From Glaucostegus cemiculus (Eukaryota), in the NCBI GenBank assembly GCA_976551045.1, contig CDPCPM010000153.1, positions 4,278,001 through 4,342,000 of the forward strand: 64,000 nt of DNA, read 5' to 3'. Of the stretch, positions 1 through 51,949 are shown piece by piece. The position numbers and the translations under genes are program-made. Each line of letters starts with the position of its first letter. Position 1 is the stretch's first letter. The notes beneath the pieces were generated by a model. That model saw only the letters and a list, made by a program, of their open reading frames with translations. It did not search any database and was not told the origin of the DNA.

Positions 1-462
1 AGATTTACTATACCCATTCAATAAATTTAACAGTAACTGTATATGTATAAGAAATTAACATAAGAATGTGAAGATGAGGAAATCATCTTCCAAACATAAG
101 GCTTTAAGTAAGTGCCAGCATCAACAGATTTAGAATTTAAAAGTAATAAATGCTAAAACAGTGTGCTAATTCTATGTCACAAATTTAAAGCAGCGATAGG
201 TGAATTGGCCAATGTAAAAATATTGTTCCTAGTGCATAGGTGAGTAGTGGAATCTAGTGGAAGGGGGGTAAATTGATGGGGATATAGGGAGAATAAAGTG
301 GGATTAGTGTAGGATTAGTATAAATCTGCTTGATGGTCGCCATAGACTCAGTGGGCAGAAGGGCCTGTTTCCGCACTGTATGACTCTATTGCTCTATAAC
401 TGACAGTGAGTATGATTTAAGTAAGTGTTTTAGTAACGTGGAATGGATTTTATCATGCATAC

Positions 463-39862
<39,400 letters not shown>

Positions 39863-39878
<16 letters not shown>

Positions 39879-39912
39879 ATCTAAATATTAGACATGCAGA
39901 GTCGTTATGTGG
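39863..39912 (-). promoter_or_regulatory. Collagen 5' stem-loop (LARP6-binding type) enclosing a uORF and the start codon
   Basis: CCACATAACGACTCTGCATGTCTAATATTTAGATATGTTCAGGTTTGTGG: outer stem CCACA/TGTGG, inner stem GCATGTCTA/TAGATATGT, uORF ATG TCT AAT ATT TAG; closely resembles the COL1A1 5'SL as recalled. Confidence 0.88.
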
Positions 39913-40009
39913 ATGGAGAGGAGAGGAGTCCCACGATTACCGAGCCGTCATAAAGTCAACCTTGGAACGGGTAAAAAAGGGTATCCAGTACCGGGCCCCA
40001 GCAGAAACT

Positions 40010-40210
40010 CAGCGCGCTCTGCTCTGGGCCGGGTACCGCAGTTTTAAGTGCGCTCACTCTTCAATGACTGCGTATATCCCCACTGTTTGTGAATTCGATC
40101 CACCCCTTGCCCCCCAGCCGTGCTGTAACCCGAGCCTCTCCAATCCTTTGCTTGCTCTCCCCATTCACCAAGGCCCCTCCCTCCAGCCCAACCAGCAGCC
40201 CCCTAAATAT
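40010..40210 (-). promoter_or_regulatory. col2a1 core/proximal promoter
   Basis: GGTTACAGCACGGCTGGGGGGCAAGGGG motif (resembles the mammalian COL2A1 promoter as recalled), G-rich boxes, TATA-like CTTAAAA at 40042-40048 upstream of CAGAGCAGAGCGC; inside a CpG-enriched block (~37.2-41.9 kb). Confidence 0.7.
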
Positions 40211-41689
40211 TTTTTTTACTAACTTACTAAAAAACCTTGGGTGAACTTTATCATTTTGCCTAAAAAATACTCACGGTTAAGTCAATTATAACATATGTCT
40301 CTTTAAACAAAATGTTCATTTTGAACGTCTAAGGAAAGAGTTTTGTTGAACATTTCGTGCAGTTTTATGAAGGATTTTCGAGAGTGGATTGCAGGAACTT
40401 GTGTCTCGGTCTTGAAAGTTTCTTAGTCTTTCTAATTCTACATATTCGGGTGAGAAAAGGCTAGAGTATAGACACAAACTCAAGGCTTCCTTCAAAAACG
40501 GAGATGATTTAGAATCGCAAATTTAGACCGATTCGAATCAAAAGCTTCTCGTGTGCATTCTCTTTTCCTAATTCAGTTGTCGGGGCTTCAGGGAGCTTCA
40601 CCTTCAGATCAGTGTTTTTTTGCAACATTGCGGTGCAAACTCAGACTAGAACATGAATCTGTTGCAGTGAAAAACGTTACTTTATGTTTGCAAGTTCCGT
40701 TCAGATGAGAAGTTACGGTACTTTAGAAGACCTGCCAGAATTTTGTTTAGCTCTATCTTAAAAAAAGTTACTTTATGTTTTATTTTTTCTCGAGATGGGA
40801 GACGTGTACAGACAATATAGCGCCTTTGTGGCTAATATCGGCTACTTTCAATTCAATTTTTTAAAAGCGTCGCATATCTGTTCAAATAATCGACTCTTCA
40901 CTAATCTATTGTTATGCATAGGAGAAATGTGTGTAATTATAGAGCACAATTCGTTCTTACAGTTTATTACGTGGAAATAATCACGACACATTTGATACTT
41001 TATTCACCTGTCGCAGTACTGAGTTTCAAGTACAGGGGAATGAATGTGTTAAGTGTCTCCAACGATGGGGCTCTGGCACATGCGGAGACCCCGATTTTAA
41101 GATGATCCCATCGCTTTCAGTGGCTCCTGTGCGGTCTGAGGTACTGCCGGAGCCCCGATACAATGTATAGAATGACTAATTAATTGACCGATGTTATCGA
41201 ACACGTACTTAATCTTACATCATTGATGCTGGGTGCACAGTAAACGTTAAATTTCTTACAGCGATTGAAATACTGCGGCTGCGGTGTGCATGAATGTACG
41301 CTGGAATTTTGTCGCGGAGGTTCTCAATCCATACACACCAATGTCTGATTTTCTGTTGCTTTGTCCGCGTCACATTGTATGTGTTGTTCCCAAGATCCTA
41401 CCCCTCCCCCCCCCCCCCATTTGCGCCTGTTCCCCAATCTCAGCCTCACAGACCGTCTCCAACCAACTTCAGCTTTTGTCTGCCGCACACTTGACAATCT
41501 TATATTGAAACTTTTGGGTTTTAACGTTTTATTTCAGATGAAAATGAACGGAGAGTGACATTTCGGAATGATATTTTTTTGCTGCCGGTCCCCTCCCCCA
41601 AAAAACTTCTTCCTGTGGATTTTCTGGGGGGTTTGGAAGGAGTTTGATGGCTGCTTCCAGAAAGAACAGCTACTTGGTGAAAGAACGTT

Positions 41690-41800
41690 GCCGCAAATCT
41701 GACCAATGAGAACAAGAGGTGCGCAAAAATATTCTAATGTGATTGGTCCAGGTGTTAAAGAGGGAGGGCGAACCGTGGTCACGTGACGCAGGCATCACAA
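41690..41800. promoter_or_regulatory. Promoter-like motif cluster: two CCAAT boxes, GC box, GTCACGTGAC E-box
   Basis: CCAAT 41703, ATTGG 41742, GGGAGGGCG 41762, palindromic GTCACGTGAC 41778-41787. Confidence 0.5.
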
Positions 41801-42269
41801 TGGAAAATCGAGCCACTGCAATGGATAAAGAGGCAGCTTCCCATTCTGTGCATTTCTCTAAGATGCACCAGACTGGATAAACGGGCAAGTCCAACTTTCA
41901 GAACAGAACACTGAAAATAAAACCGAAAGTACCTGTAAAAACACAGGTATCACCGAAAACAGAAAAGGCAGATTGTATTTCAGGGCATAACCTTTTGTTA
42001 GAAATGAAAGTTGAAAGTATGGAATTTGAACAGGACATCAAGAGGAAAAGCAAATCTGCATGTGCTCCAACACAATCCCCACATTTTATTTCCTAACAAC
42101 CCATGAAATTTGCTGTCTAAACAGGAGACACGAGACTGCAGATGCTGGAATCTGAAACAACAATATGCTGGAGGAATTCTGCAGGTCAGGCAGCATCTGT
42201 GGAAGCAAAGGGATCATGCTACCTGACCCACTGAGTTCCTCCAGCAGTTTGAAACTTGCTCTCTACTTC

Positions 42270-43090
42270 TTAGGCAGAGCCTCAGGATCAAGGATGATTT
42301 GTTTCCCCTCTGGTTTTGTGGGTTCTGAGGTGGCTAAAGAGGCCCGTGTGGAAAGCACAGACTCTTTCACAGATAGGGCAGGAGGTGGATGAAGGAGTGG
42401 ATAAGCAGGGACTTCAGGTTCTCAATCCAACCAAATGTTCCTCCATTTTGAATGGGCCTGAGGTTCCCGGGTGTCAGTGGGGATGGTGCATTTTTTCAAG
42501 GAGCTTTCAGCACATTCCTTACTCTTTTTCTATGTCCCCCTGGTAATCTCCTCCCATGACAGAGCTTAGAATAGAATGTCTCTTTCAGGAACAAATCTGC
42601 TGGAGGAACTCAGTGGATCAGGCAGCATCTGTGGAGGGAAATGGACAGTCAACATTTTGGGTTGGGACCATTCATCTGGATGGACATCAAGTCCATTTCC
42701 CTCCACAGATGCTGCCTGACCCACTGAGTTCCTCCAGCATTTTGTTTGTTGCTCCAGATTTCAGTGTCTGCAGTCTACTGTTGTCTGTTTCAGGAGTCCG
42801 ATGTCAAGCATGAGAGCAGCATGGCCAGCTCAATGTAGTGGACTGATGGTAATTAGGACACCAATCTGGGGATGTTGGTTTGGGAGAGTACACTGAGACT
42901 GGTTTGCTTATCCTTCTAGTGGATTCAGAGAGTTTTGTAGAGACAGTGTTGTTGGTAGCTTTCCAGGGCTTTGGGATGCCTGTTGTAGGTAGTCCAGGTC
43001 TCAGAAGCACGTATGAGGGCAGGGAACACTGCTGTCCAACAGACTATGGGTTCTGTGCCAGGCCTGAGGTCTTGATCTTCAAATATCCTT
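42270..43090 (-). mobile_element. RTE-clade LINE 3' fragment
   Basis: Reverse translation gives FEDQDLRP...ALIRASETWTTYNRHPKALESYQQHCL..., typical of the RTE ORF2 C-terminus. Confidence 0.75.
42591..42781. mobile_element. Palindromic short element (possibly Penelope-like-derived) inserted in the RTE fragment
   Basis: 48-bp inverted arms 42599-42646/42691-42738; flanked by TGTCT(C/G)TTTCAGGA duplication; related copies at ~6600-6730, 10441-10575, 32375-32495, 42121-42250, 44911-45090, 58470-58620. Confidence 0.75.
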
Positions 43091-43329
43091 TTATTCAATC
43101 AAACAAAGATTGTGCTGACACATTAGACAAAAATGGGTATTTCCATAAAATGGTGGGTTCCATACTGTGATTTCCTGAGCTGACCACTGGGAAATCTGGA
43201 AATGGAAATGGAATTACCTTGAATATGGCAAGCCAATTGATTCTGGCCTTGTACAGATCCAATTGAGTGATGTACCCAGATCTGGACATCTTGCCTGCAA
43301 CAATAAGATTAGAAATTGCAGCTGGCAAT

Positions 43330-44270
43330 CTGGCTGGTTTAATCTGGAACTGGGAGGGTAGATGTAGAAAAACTATTTCTGCTAGTTGGGGAGTCCAGGA
43401 CTTGGGACAGAGCCTAACATTTCAGAGCCAGGCCTTTAGGAGTGAAGTTAAGGCAAATTTCCACCAGCCAAGGGTTGAAGAAGCAGGAAATTCTCTTCCA
43501 CAAATTGATCCAATGTAAATTATTAACTTTAAGCCTGAGATTGATAGATTTTCATTAACCAGAAGTATTAAGAGATATGGGGTAAAAAAACAGGTGGAAT
43601 TTTAAAAGTCAATATGGGAGGAAAAGGGAAGAAATAAATAGCAGGCAAATTGAAGTAAACTGTGAAACAATTTATAAATAAGTGTACATTAGCAATGGAA
43701 AGGTTTATTAAACACCCAAAAAAAGGAATCTTCATGTGGAGATAGGAGACATAGTGGAATGGTTAAAATATTAAATAAGTACATCAAACTGTACAAAGGA
43801 GTAACTTGAAGGTTATAAATGAGAAAAAGGAATTTATAGACAGGATAGAAAAAAGAGTATATACAAAAAAAAATTAACATTACTGGAAGTTGGTGGTCAA
43901 CTGGTCCAGATAGATTGCATGCTACATTGGTTAAAGATACAAAGCTAGGTATTGCAGAGGCATTGAGTATTGAAATTTTGTGACCATTGTATACTGGAGT
44001 AAAGTCAGAGGACTGGAGTAGAGAAAGTGTAAGGAGAAGCATTATAAAGTTTACAGATGACACAAAGCTTGACATAGTAGTGGATAGTGAGGTGAGTGGT
44101 TCTTGGCTTCTCAAATACACAAAAGCATGGCATATGGAGTTCAATGCAGAGAACAGTGTAGTGAGACAATTTGGGAGGATTAATATGGAAAGACAGAATA
44201 CTATAAATGGAAAAAGTTTGACAAGTGTAGATAAGCAGCACCTTAAACATATGCCAACTTTTGTGCAATA
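43330..44270 (+). mobile_element. Degenerate CR1 fragments
   Basis: ORF 43987..44271 IIKFTDDTKL...WHMEFNAE; CR1 3' sequence at 43400-43590. Confidence 0.75.
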
Positions 44271-44474
44271 ACTGCACTGAGATACTATGTTGGACTATTT
44301 CTTCCTCTTCTATCAAATCTTACTTCAGTTCATGTAATGGAGGATCTTATTCTAGTGAATGTTGCTCTCCTTAAAAGGCTTCAATACACAAAAAAGTTAT
44401 TCGGTAAGATTTCACCATATAGCCATTTTTGCTGGACAAGAAATTAGCTGTAATATCATTACATTTATTATAAT

Positions 44475-44625
44475 AGTTCTACACTTTTAAATTGAGACCG
44501 TATTCTGCATTCTATTTTCTTGTTACTACCTTGATGTAATTATGTATGGAATGATCTGTCTGGATGGCACACAAACAAAAGCTTTTTATTGTACCTTGAT
44601 CCATTTGACAATAATAAACCAATCT
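44475..44625 (+). mobile_element. Rex1/Babar-like LINE 3' tail fragment
   Basis: gatctgtctggatggcacacaaacaaaagc...tgacaataataaaccaat tail, by recalled consensus. Confidence 0.45.
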
Positions 44626-44910
44626 TCAATAGGCAAATGGGCTTTTGTTGCTCAAGGTATTCATTGATGATTTGTTTTTGCTGTTCAAGAACGTCATCTG
44701 TGATTTGCTGAGGGTATTAATGGAATAATTTATAAATTTCAAGGTAATGTAAATATGTATGCTGACTTGGAAAAGGAGACCAAAAATGATAGGTTAATTA
44801 CTGTAGATAGATTCAGATTAAGGTAAATGTACTTTAATGTGTGTGGTAGATTTTTGTTTAACATGTATAAGTGCACACTGGTGTTAGGTAGCTTCTGGTA
44901 TATTTAATAT

Positions 44911-45090
44911 AAAAGCAGAAAATGCTGGAAACACTCAACAGGTCAGGCAGCATCTGTGGAAAAGGTCTTCAATATGAAACATTAACTCTGTTTCTCTTTC
45001 CACAGATGCTGCTCTGCCTGATCTGTTGAGTGTTTTCAGCATTTTCTGTTTTTATTTCAGATTTCAGCATCTTCACTTTTTTGATTTTCA
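44911..45090. repeat. Palindromic element of the same family
   Basis: aatgctggaaacactcaacaggtcaggcagcatctgtgg ... ccacagatgctgc..cctgatctgttgagtgttttcagcatt. Confidence 0.75.
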
Positions 45091-45699
45091 GTAACTAGTA
45101 CATTTAATGTTGAGGTGTTCAATTATAAGTTAGGAAGAAAAAGAAGAACTAGAGGCAATAAGTGATAAAACCATTGAAGTTCCCCAAATAATGTGATGAG
45201 GTTATTGGGAAGGTAAGCAAGGTTGTGGCTATTACAACAGTACAGTATTGAGAAAAGTAATCAGAACAAATTGAACCTTGTAGGACTTTTAATTTTCAAA
45301 ATAGACTTCAGGTGTTATTAATATTTATATTAGATAAACAAGGCTGTTTTACAGGAAATACGATTGAGATGATCAAAATGCTGAAGGGATGAGTCTTTGA
45401 CCAGTTAGATGATAGGAGACAGATAGGTTAGGGATAAACAAAAGGGACATACTTAGGCAAGGAGTTAGATAAGGCTCTTTCAATGAAGAATTATTGACAT
45501 TTGTAGTAAGTTACAGAAGTGCAGATAAGTATGGATTTCATTGCAGTTATTTTAAAGGAGGACCGGAGAAGCTCCTGAGGGTGGAAGAGAGTCCAAGTTA
45601 TAAAAGTAAACTGGAGTTAGCTGGAAACAACAACACTTGGCCGCTTGTTCCTGCTGTGCCCTTATTTTTCCTTGATAATTCCCTGGAGAACCAGAGAGG

Positions 45700-46500
45700 A
45701 GCTTCCTAGAATAAACCTCATATACTTCTCAGTATTGTTTGCCTCCCTCTGAAGATTGCATGTCAGTGGCAGGGATTGAGACGTGAGTGGCTGAAACAAT
45801 TCCTGCCGAAACAATGGCTGCACCTGTAGGTGGTGTCCAGCTTCTTGAGAGTTGTTGGAGCCATTCTCATCTGGGCAAGTACAGAGAGTTCCATCAAACT
45901 CCTGTCTTGTGCCTAGTAGATGGTTCAAAGGATTTGAGGTCCAATTGAGTTTCTGCTGAATGGTAATCCTCAAGATATTGATTCCACAATGATAATGGTA
46001 TTGAACGTCAAAGGTAGGAGTTTATTGGAGATGGTCACTGTGTAGCAGCTTTGTAGTATGAATGTTACATGCTACTTATCTGCCTATGCTTGAATGTCAT
46101 CTTGGTCTAGCTGCATATAGGCATGGACTTCATTTGTTGAAGATTTTGCAAATGGAAATGAACATTATGCAACCATCAGCAAACATCCCTTATGATGGAA
46201 TGAAGACACTTGATAAAGCAGCTGAAGATGGTGAACAGAGGACACTGCCTTGGAAAACTCCTGCAGTAATGTCCATTGACTGGGATAATTGACCTCCAAC
46301 AACCACCACCATTTTCCTTTGTGTAAGGAATGACCCTAACCATTGGAGTGTTTTTCTCCTGATGTCCATTGACCAGGGCTCCTCGATGTCACACTTGGTC
46401 AACTGCTGCCTTGATGGGAGGCTGGTACTGCCCAATTGTCCTTCAAGCCTATTTCACCTGGATTTGCTCACTCTCTGGAATTGGTCCCTAGATTTGTTCT
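45700..46500 (-). mobile_element. Degenerate CR1/L2-group LINE RT fragment
   Basis: ORF 46190..46435 WLGSFLTQRKMVVVVGGQLSQSMDITAGVFQGSVL. Confidence 0.75.
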
Positions 46501-46529
46501 CCGAGTGTCATTGGTGTGTAGATTTGTTA

Positions 46530-49290
46530 GAATCATAGAAAGGTTACAGTAAATGAAGAGGTTATTTGGTCCATTATGTCCATACCGGCTTTCTATCAGA
46601 GCATCTCACCACTTCCTCCCTGCAGCCCCTTCTCAATAACCTTGCAAATTTTTCTTCAACAATGTACATATTCCTATCAAATCTCCTCTCAGTCTTCTTT
46701 TCAAAGAAAACACTACCACTCTCATCTATCCTTGTAATTGTAGTCCCTCATTTCAGAATCCATTCTCGTAAATCCTTTCTGGACCCTCCCTAACACCCTC
46801 TCATCCTTCCTGTAATGAGATCACCAGAACTGAATACAGTATTCTAACTGAGACCAGACCAGTGGTTCAACATGACCTCTCTGCCTTAATTATATGCTTC
46901 TGTTGATAGAGCCTAGAAATGTGCATGCCTTATTAATTGCTTTCTCTTGCTTTGTCTTGCCACTTTTAATGCCACTTTTTAATTGCTTTGTCTTGCCACT
47001 TTCAATGATTGTGTATATCTATAACCCTAGCTCCATCTGTTCTTGTATCATATTCAGAAAAGAATGTTTTATTCTATATTGCCTCTCCTCATTCTCCCTA
47101 CCAAATAGCACCACGTCACATTTCTCAGCAGTAACCTTCACCTGCTGTGCATCTACCCATTCTACTTGCCTGTTTATTTCCCACTGCAATTTATCACTGA
47201 CCTCTTCGCAGTTCACAAAACTGTTAAAGTTTACATTATCTACAAATTTAGAAATTGTGCTTTGCATCTCCATGTCTAAGTCATTAATATAGATCAAAAG
47301 TAGCAATGGTCCAACCAATGATCCCAGGGGAATGGCACTATTCATCTTCTTTCATTCTGAAAAGCAATCTTGTTACTTAGCCAACTTCATATCCATGGTA
47401 TCAATGTCCCTTTTACACCATGTTCTTCAACTTTGCTGTTAAGCTAGTTATGTGGCACTTTATCAAAAGCCTCCTGGAAGTCCCCATGCACCACATCAAC
47501 AACATCACCCTCATCAACTCCTTGCTACCTCATCAAAAAAAATTCTACTAAATTGGTTAAACACCATTTTTCCTTGATAAATCAGTGCTGGCTTCCCTTA
47601 ATTAATCCATTTTCCTCCTGGTGACTATTAATCTTGTCCTGGATCAAGCTTTCCCACCACTGAGATTGAACTGGGTGGCCTGCAGTTGCTGGGCTCATCT
47701 TTACTCCCTATGCTCCAGCTTTCTGGCACCACCCCTCATATCCAAAAAGCATTGAAAGATTTTGGCCAGTGTCCCTGGGATTTCTTCCCATACTCGCTTC
47801 AAAATCCCAGATGTATCCTATCTGGTTCTGGTGATTTACCTATTTTTCTAATACCTCTGTTTTCACATTTTAATATCCAGTCTCTCAAGCATCTCCTCCT
47901 TCATTATTACTTTGGAAGCAGCCTCTTCCCTGGTGAAGACAGGCACAAAGTACCTATTTAATACCTTAAGAGTGCCTTCAGCATTCATGTGTAAATTCCT
48001 ATTTTTTTTCTTAATAGGCCCCAGTCCTCTATGTACTACCCTTTTACTATTTATATGCCAAAAAAATTTTTGGATTCCCATTTATGTTGACAGCTAATCT
48101 TTTTCCATATGCTCTCTTGAGCTTTCATATTAATTTTCACTTCCCCTCTGATTCTTTTGTAACCAGCCAGGTTGTCACTGATATTTACAACTTGACACTT
48201 GCCATACACATTCCTGTTTTTGCTTTATCTTCTTCTGTATCACTTTCATCATTCAGGAACCTCTGGAATTTTTGTTTTGTTCTTTTGCCCCTCACATTGA
48301 ATGTTCCTCAACTGTACTTGAACGATCTCTTCCTTAAAGACAGCCCATTGTTCAGTTACAGGGATTTTCCCAGATAAGACATGATTTTCCTTTCATAAAT
48401 CATACTCAATTATGTTATCTTCAATGTGTCTTGACATCACATCCTTTATACCAGATTTTGTCAGCTGCTGATGTCAGGCTAATTGGTCTGTAGTGCCCTG
48501 TTTTTCCCTCCCTCCTTTCTCAAATAGCAGAGTCATATTTACTGCCTTCCCATCTGTAGGAACTATTCCAGGCCCTATTGACTTTTGGAAGTTGATACCA
48601 GAAGCCAGTGCTTTTGAAACTCTGGGATATAGATCATCAGGTCCATGACATCTATCAGGTTTCAGTTCCATCAACTTCCCTCATGATATTTCTTTCCTAA
48701 TTCCTTTAATTTCCAAGCTTGCACCGGGGCCCTCGGTTCTCCAGTATTCCTGGGAGATATTTTGCACCTTCCATGAAGACAGATGCAAAATATTTGTTTA
48801 ATTCCTCTGCCATTTCCTTATTTCCTACTATAAATTGTGCCGATATCTGTCAGGGACCAGAATTTGCCCTTGTTAGATTTTTCACTGTTGCACACCTAAA
48901 GAAACTCTTCCAGTTTGTCTTTAAGTTTCCTCAGTTTATTCTCAGATTCGATTTCTCTTTGCTTGATCATCCATCATCCATTGCTGAAATCTAAAATGCT
49001 CCAATCCTCAGCTTACTGCTTTTTCTGGCAACTTTATGAGCCTCTTCCTTGGATGTAATATCATTTTTATTTTCTCCTGCAATCCATGGTTGGACCAGTT
49101 TTCCTGTTGTGTTTTTGTGCCTTAAGGGAATATATTTGTGTTGCCTCTCCACTGTCACAGCCTTTAATGTAATTTCTCAGTTTATCCCAGCCATTCTGTC
49201 CACATACCTTCATAGTTTCTTTTGTTGGACTGAAAACCCTGGTTTCAGATTGAACCACACCACATTTGAACTCAATGCAAAAAATATTAT
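46530..49290 (-). mobile_element. Cluster of degenerate CR1 ORF2 fragments
   Basis: ORFs 47019..47345 (IPLGSLVGPLLLLIYINDLD...KFVD), 47863..48081 and 48474..48674 are CR1 RT remnants. Confidence 0.85.
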
Positions 49291-50661
49291 TAAATAATGA
49301 TACTTAGTAATTCATTATTCTTTTAGACTAATCATATTGATTAAGTAGTTTGGGTGGATAGCTGCAATTCTGCATGTAGTCCAAAGATAAACAGGATTTA
49401 TGTGTGTGAGAGAGACCCACTCCCACCCAAGCTAAGTCAAGAACTTGGTACAGCATACTTGCACAGAGTAAATGAAGTTTATTTTATGGCCTTAGGTGAA
49501 GCTGTAATACTAAAAACGGCATGTGTGGGTGTTGTTTATCATTATGAGCAGTTTATTTTCTTGGTCATTGAATGGTGGTTGTAAAAGCAAATATACAAAT
49601 GTGAAGTACATTTACATTTTTTGTTTAAGATATGTTCTACTAATATTAGAACATGTGGCCTAAAATGGTGTCATACATGCCACTGATGTGGTTAAAGTAA
49701 GAGTTTAGGATTATGACAAACAGGAAAAATTCTACTGGCCCATCTGACACTAATACAATGTCCTATATTATAAATTTCCTATCCCATCTATAGCCATAAA
49801 ATATACTAGGAGAGGAACAAAATAAATAAAACCTAGGTTTATCAGAGGAATCCTTCAGGTAGCCCCGATTAATGTTAGTATAGTATCTACCATTTACAGG
49901 ATGTAAAGTCCTCTTACTCAGAAACAGGTCCAACCCTTGTTTAAAAGGAATGAGTTAATCAATGTTTATTGCATGAGCCTACAGTCTATGTTAACATGCA
50001 TAATATTGCACTTTCCTCTTGAAGACAATGGAACCAAACATGTGGAGTGTGAGTACAATTGGCAGACACATTTAGCACCAGTGGCTAAAGGCAAATTGAT
50101 TGCTCTCTGAGTTTTCTTCACTGAAGGGAAACCATGACGTGTATTCTTTAGAAATTCCTGCAGGAATTGGTTCTTTGTTCTCTGAACTGTGGCTTTGAGG
50201 AGGCTACATTTCTGGAGGTTTAAGGATTGCATGCTGACTTACATACTCAAGAGTTGTGAAAAAACCTCCCCTCACTTCATAGTTCCAGATACACCACTGC
50301 ATCTGACTATGGATACGAGAACTGTTGGGCAGGAATACAACCTATCTCCAAGGTTATAATTTAGGCATATTTGTCCCAAATGCATTCCCCTAACCCCTGT
50401 AGGCAATCCTTTCACATGTCCTTTCCTACTTTGTGCACATCAATCCCCGCTGCCAGACACTGGCATGAAAAATAACACTCAGATACCAGAATAAAAAAAT
50501 AGAATAGTGAGTGGAATATTTTCTCAGGGTAATCAATTTGGAACAAATCATTTTGTTAAATACTTTGGGACATTTTACTATGTTAATTGAACAATGTAAA
50601 AGTAAATTGTCATTGTACAGTGAGGCCACAGAATAATTGGAGTTAACCAATTATTCTGTAC

Positions 50662-50957
50662 GGTACGGCACGGGCGCATAGTGGTTAGCACAATGCTTTA
50701 CAGTGCTAGTGACCCGGGTTCAAATCCGGCCACTGTCCATAAGGAGTTTGTACGTTCTCCCCGTGTCTGTGTGGGTTTCCTCTGGGTGCTCCGGTTTCCT
50801 CCCACACTCCAAAGACGTATGGGTTAGGAAGTTGTGGGCATGCTATGTTGGCGCCGGAAGCATGGTGACATTTGTGGGCTGCCCCCCAAAAATCACTATA
50901 CAAAAGATGTAATTCACTGTGTGTTTCGATGTACATGTGACTAATAAAGATCTTATC
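50662..50957 (+). mobile_element. V-domain SINE, alternative-tail subfamily
   Basis: Head tagtggttagc...gggttcaaatcc, core gggtttcctctgggtgctccggtttcctcccac, tail tcactgtgtgtttcgatgtacatgtgactaataaa. Confidence 0.85.
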
Positions 50958-51949
50958 AATTACATAAGGGGCCCCCTTCAAAATAAAGATCTAAGTTGTG
51001 GAGACAATAACATTCCAAGGCAGAAAGAGACCATGAACCATTCCTGTCTTCAGAGATCAACTGAATATACTGACTTTGTCACTATATCTCTGCACCCGCC
51101 CCCTACCTCTCCAGTGTGTGCCCTCCATCCTTCCAACCAAATTGTGCACACCCTCCATAATAGATTAAGGGAAATAAGTGGGGGAAATAGGATTAATGGG
51201 ATTGCTCTGAGAGCTGGCCTGGGCTTGGTGGGCCAATGGCCTATATCATAAGGAAATATTAAACATGAAATGGCCTTCCCTTTCCTATGTTACAACAACC
51301 ATTAAACAAACCTCATCCCAGAGCTTTGACACACTGGAAGGTCTGGGTAGTTGCCGCATGTTTCTACTGTACAACGTGTCTAAGTATCCAAAACCCCATT
51401 TATCAAACAAAGCAGTTGCTTGGTTGATAAACGAGGGCTTTGTGTTGCTGATTTTGTAGCACATGAGAGTCTGTTGAACCGTGCAAAAATCTGGAGCAGG
51501 AAGATTCTCTCTGATGCAGGAAGAACTATTTGTAGCAAACACTAAGCAGATAATTCCTAAACTTTCCTGCAATGGCATGGGTCACGGACACTGCTGCTAA
51601 CTGGTCAGGCCAAAGACCCTGGTAACATTATGCTCTCAATTGGTCACACATGATCAGCTGAGGCTGGGACTAAAGTCCTCATCTGGGGTAGAGAGAAGTG
51701 CATGGATAAATAAGGGGTTGTTATAGTCAGCAGAAGCTGAATAATAACTTTGGAAATATGAACAGGCTTACTTAAATGAATCACAGTGTAGTTGCACAAT
51801 GCGTAGCTTCAATAAAATAGAAAAGTTAGGAATTTGGTGTACCTGTGAATTGGTGAAGAAGGAAAAATGGGTGCTGTGTTCTGTTTTTAATATCTGTTAG
51901 CTTCAGGAAGTATTTAAGCTTTGTATGGTGTTTTATTTGTGAAATGTGG

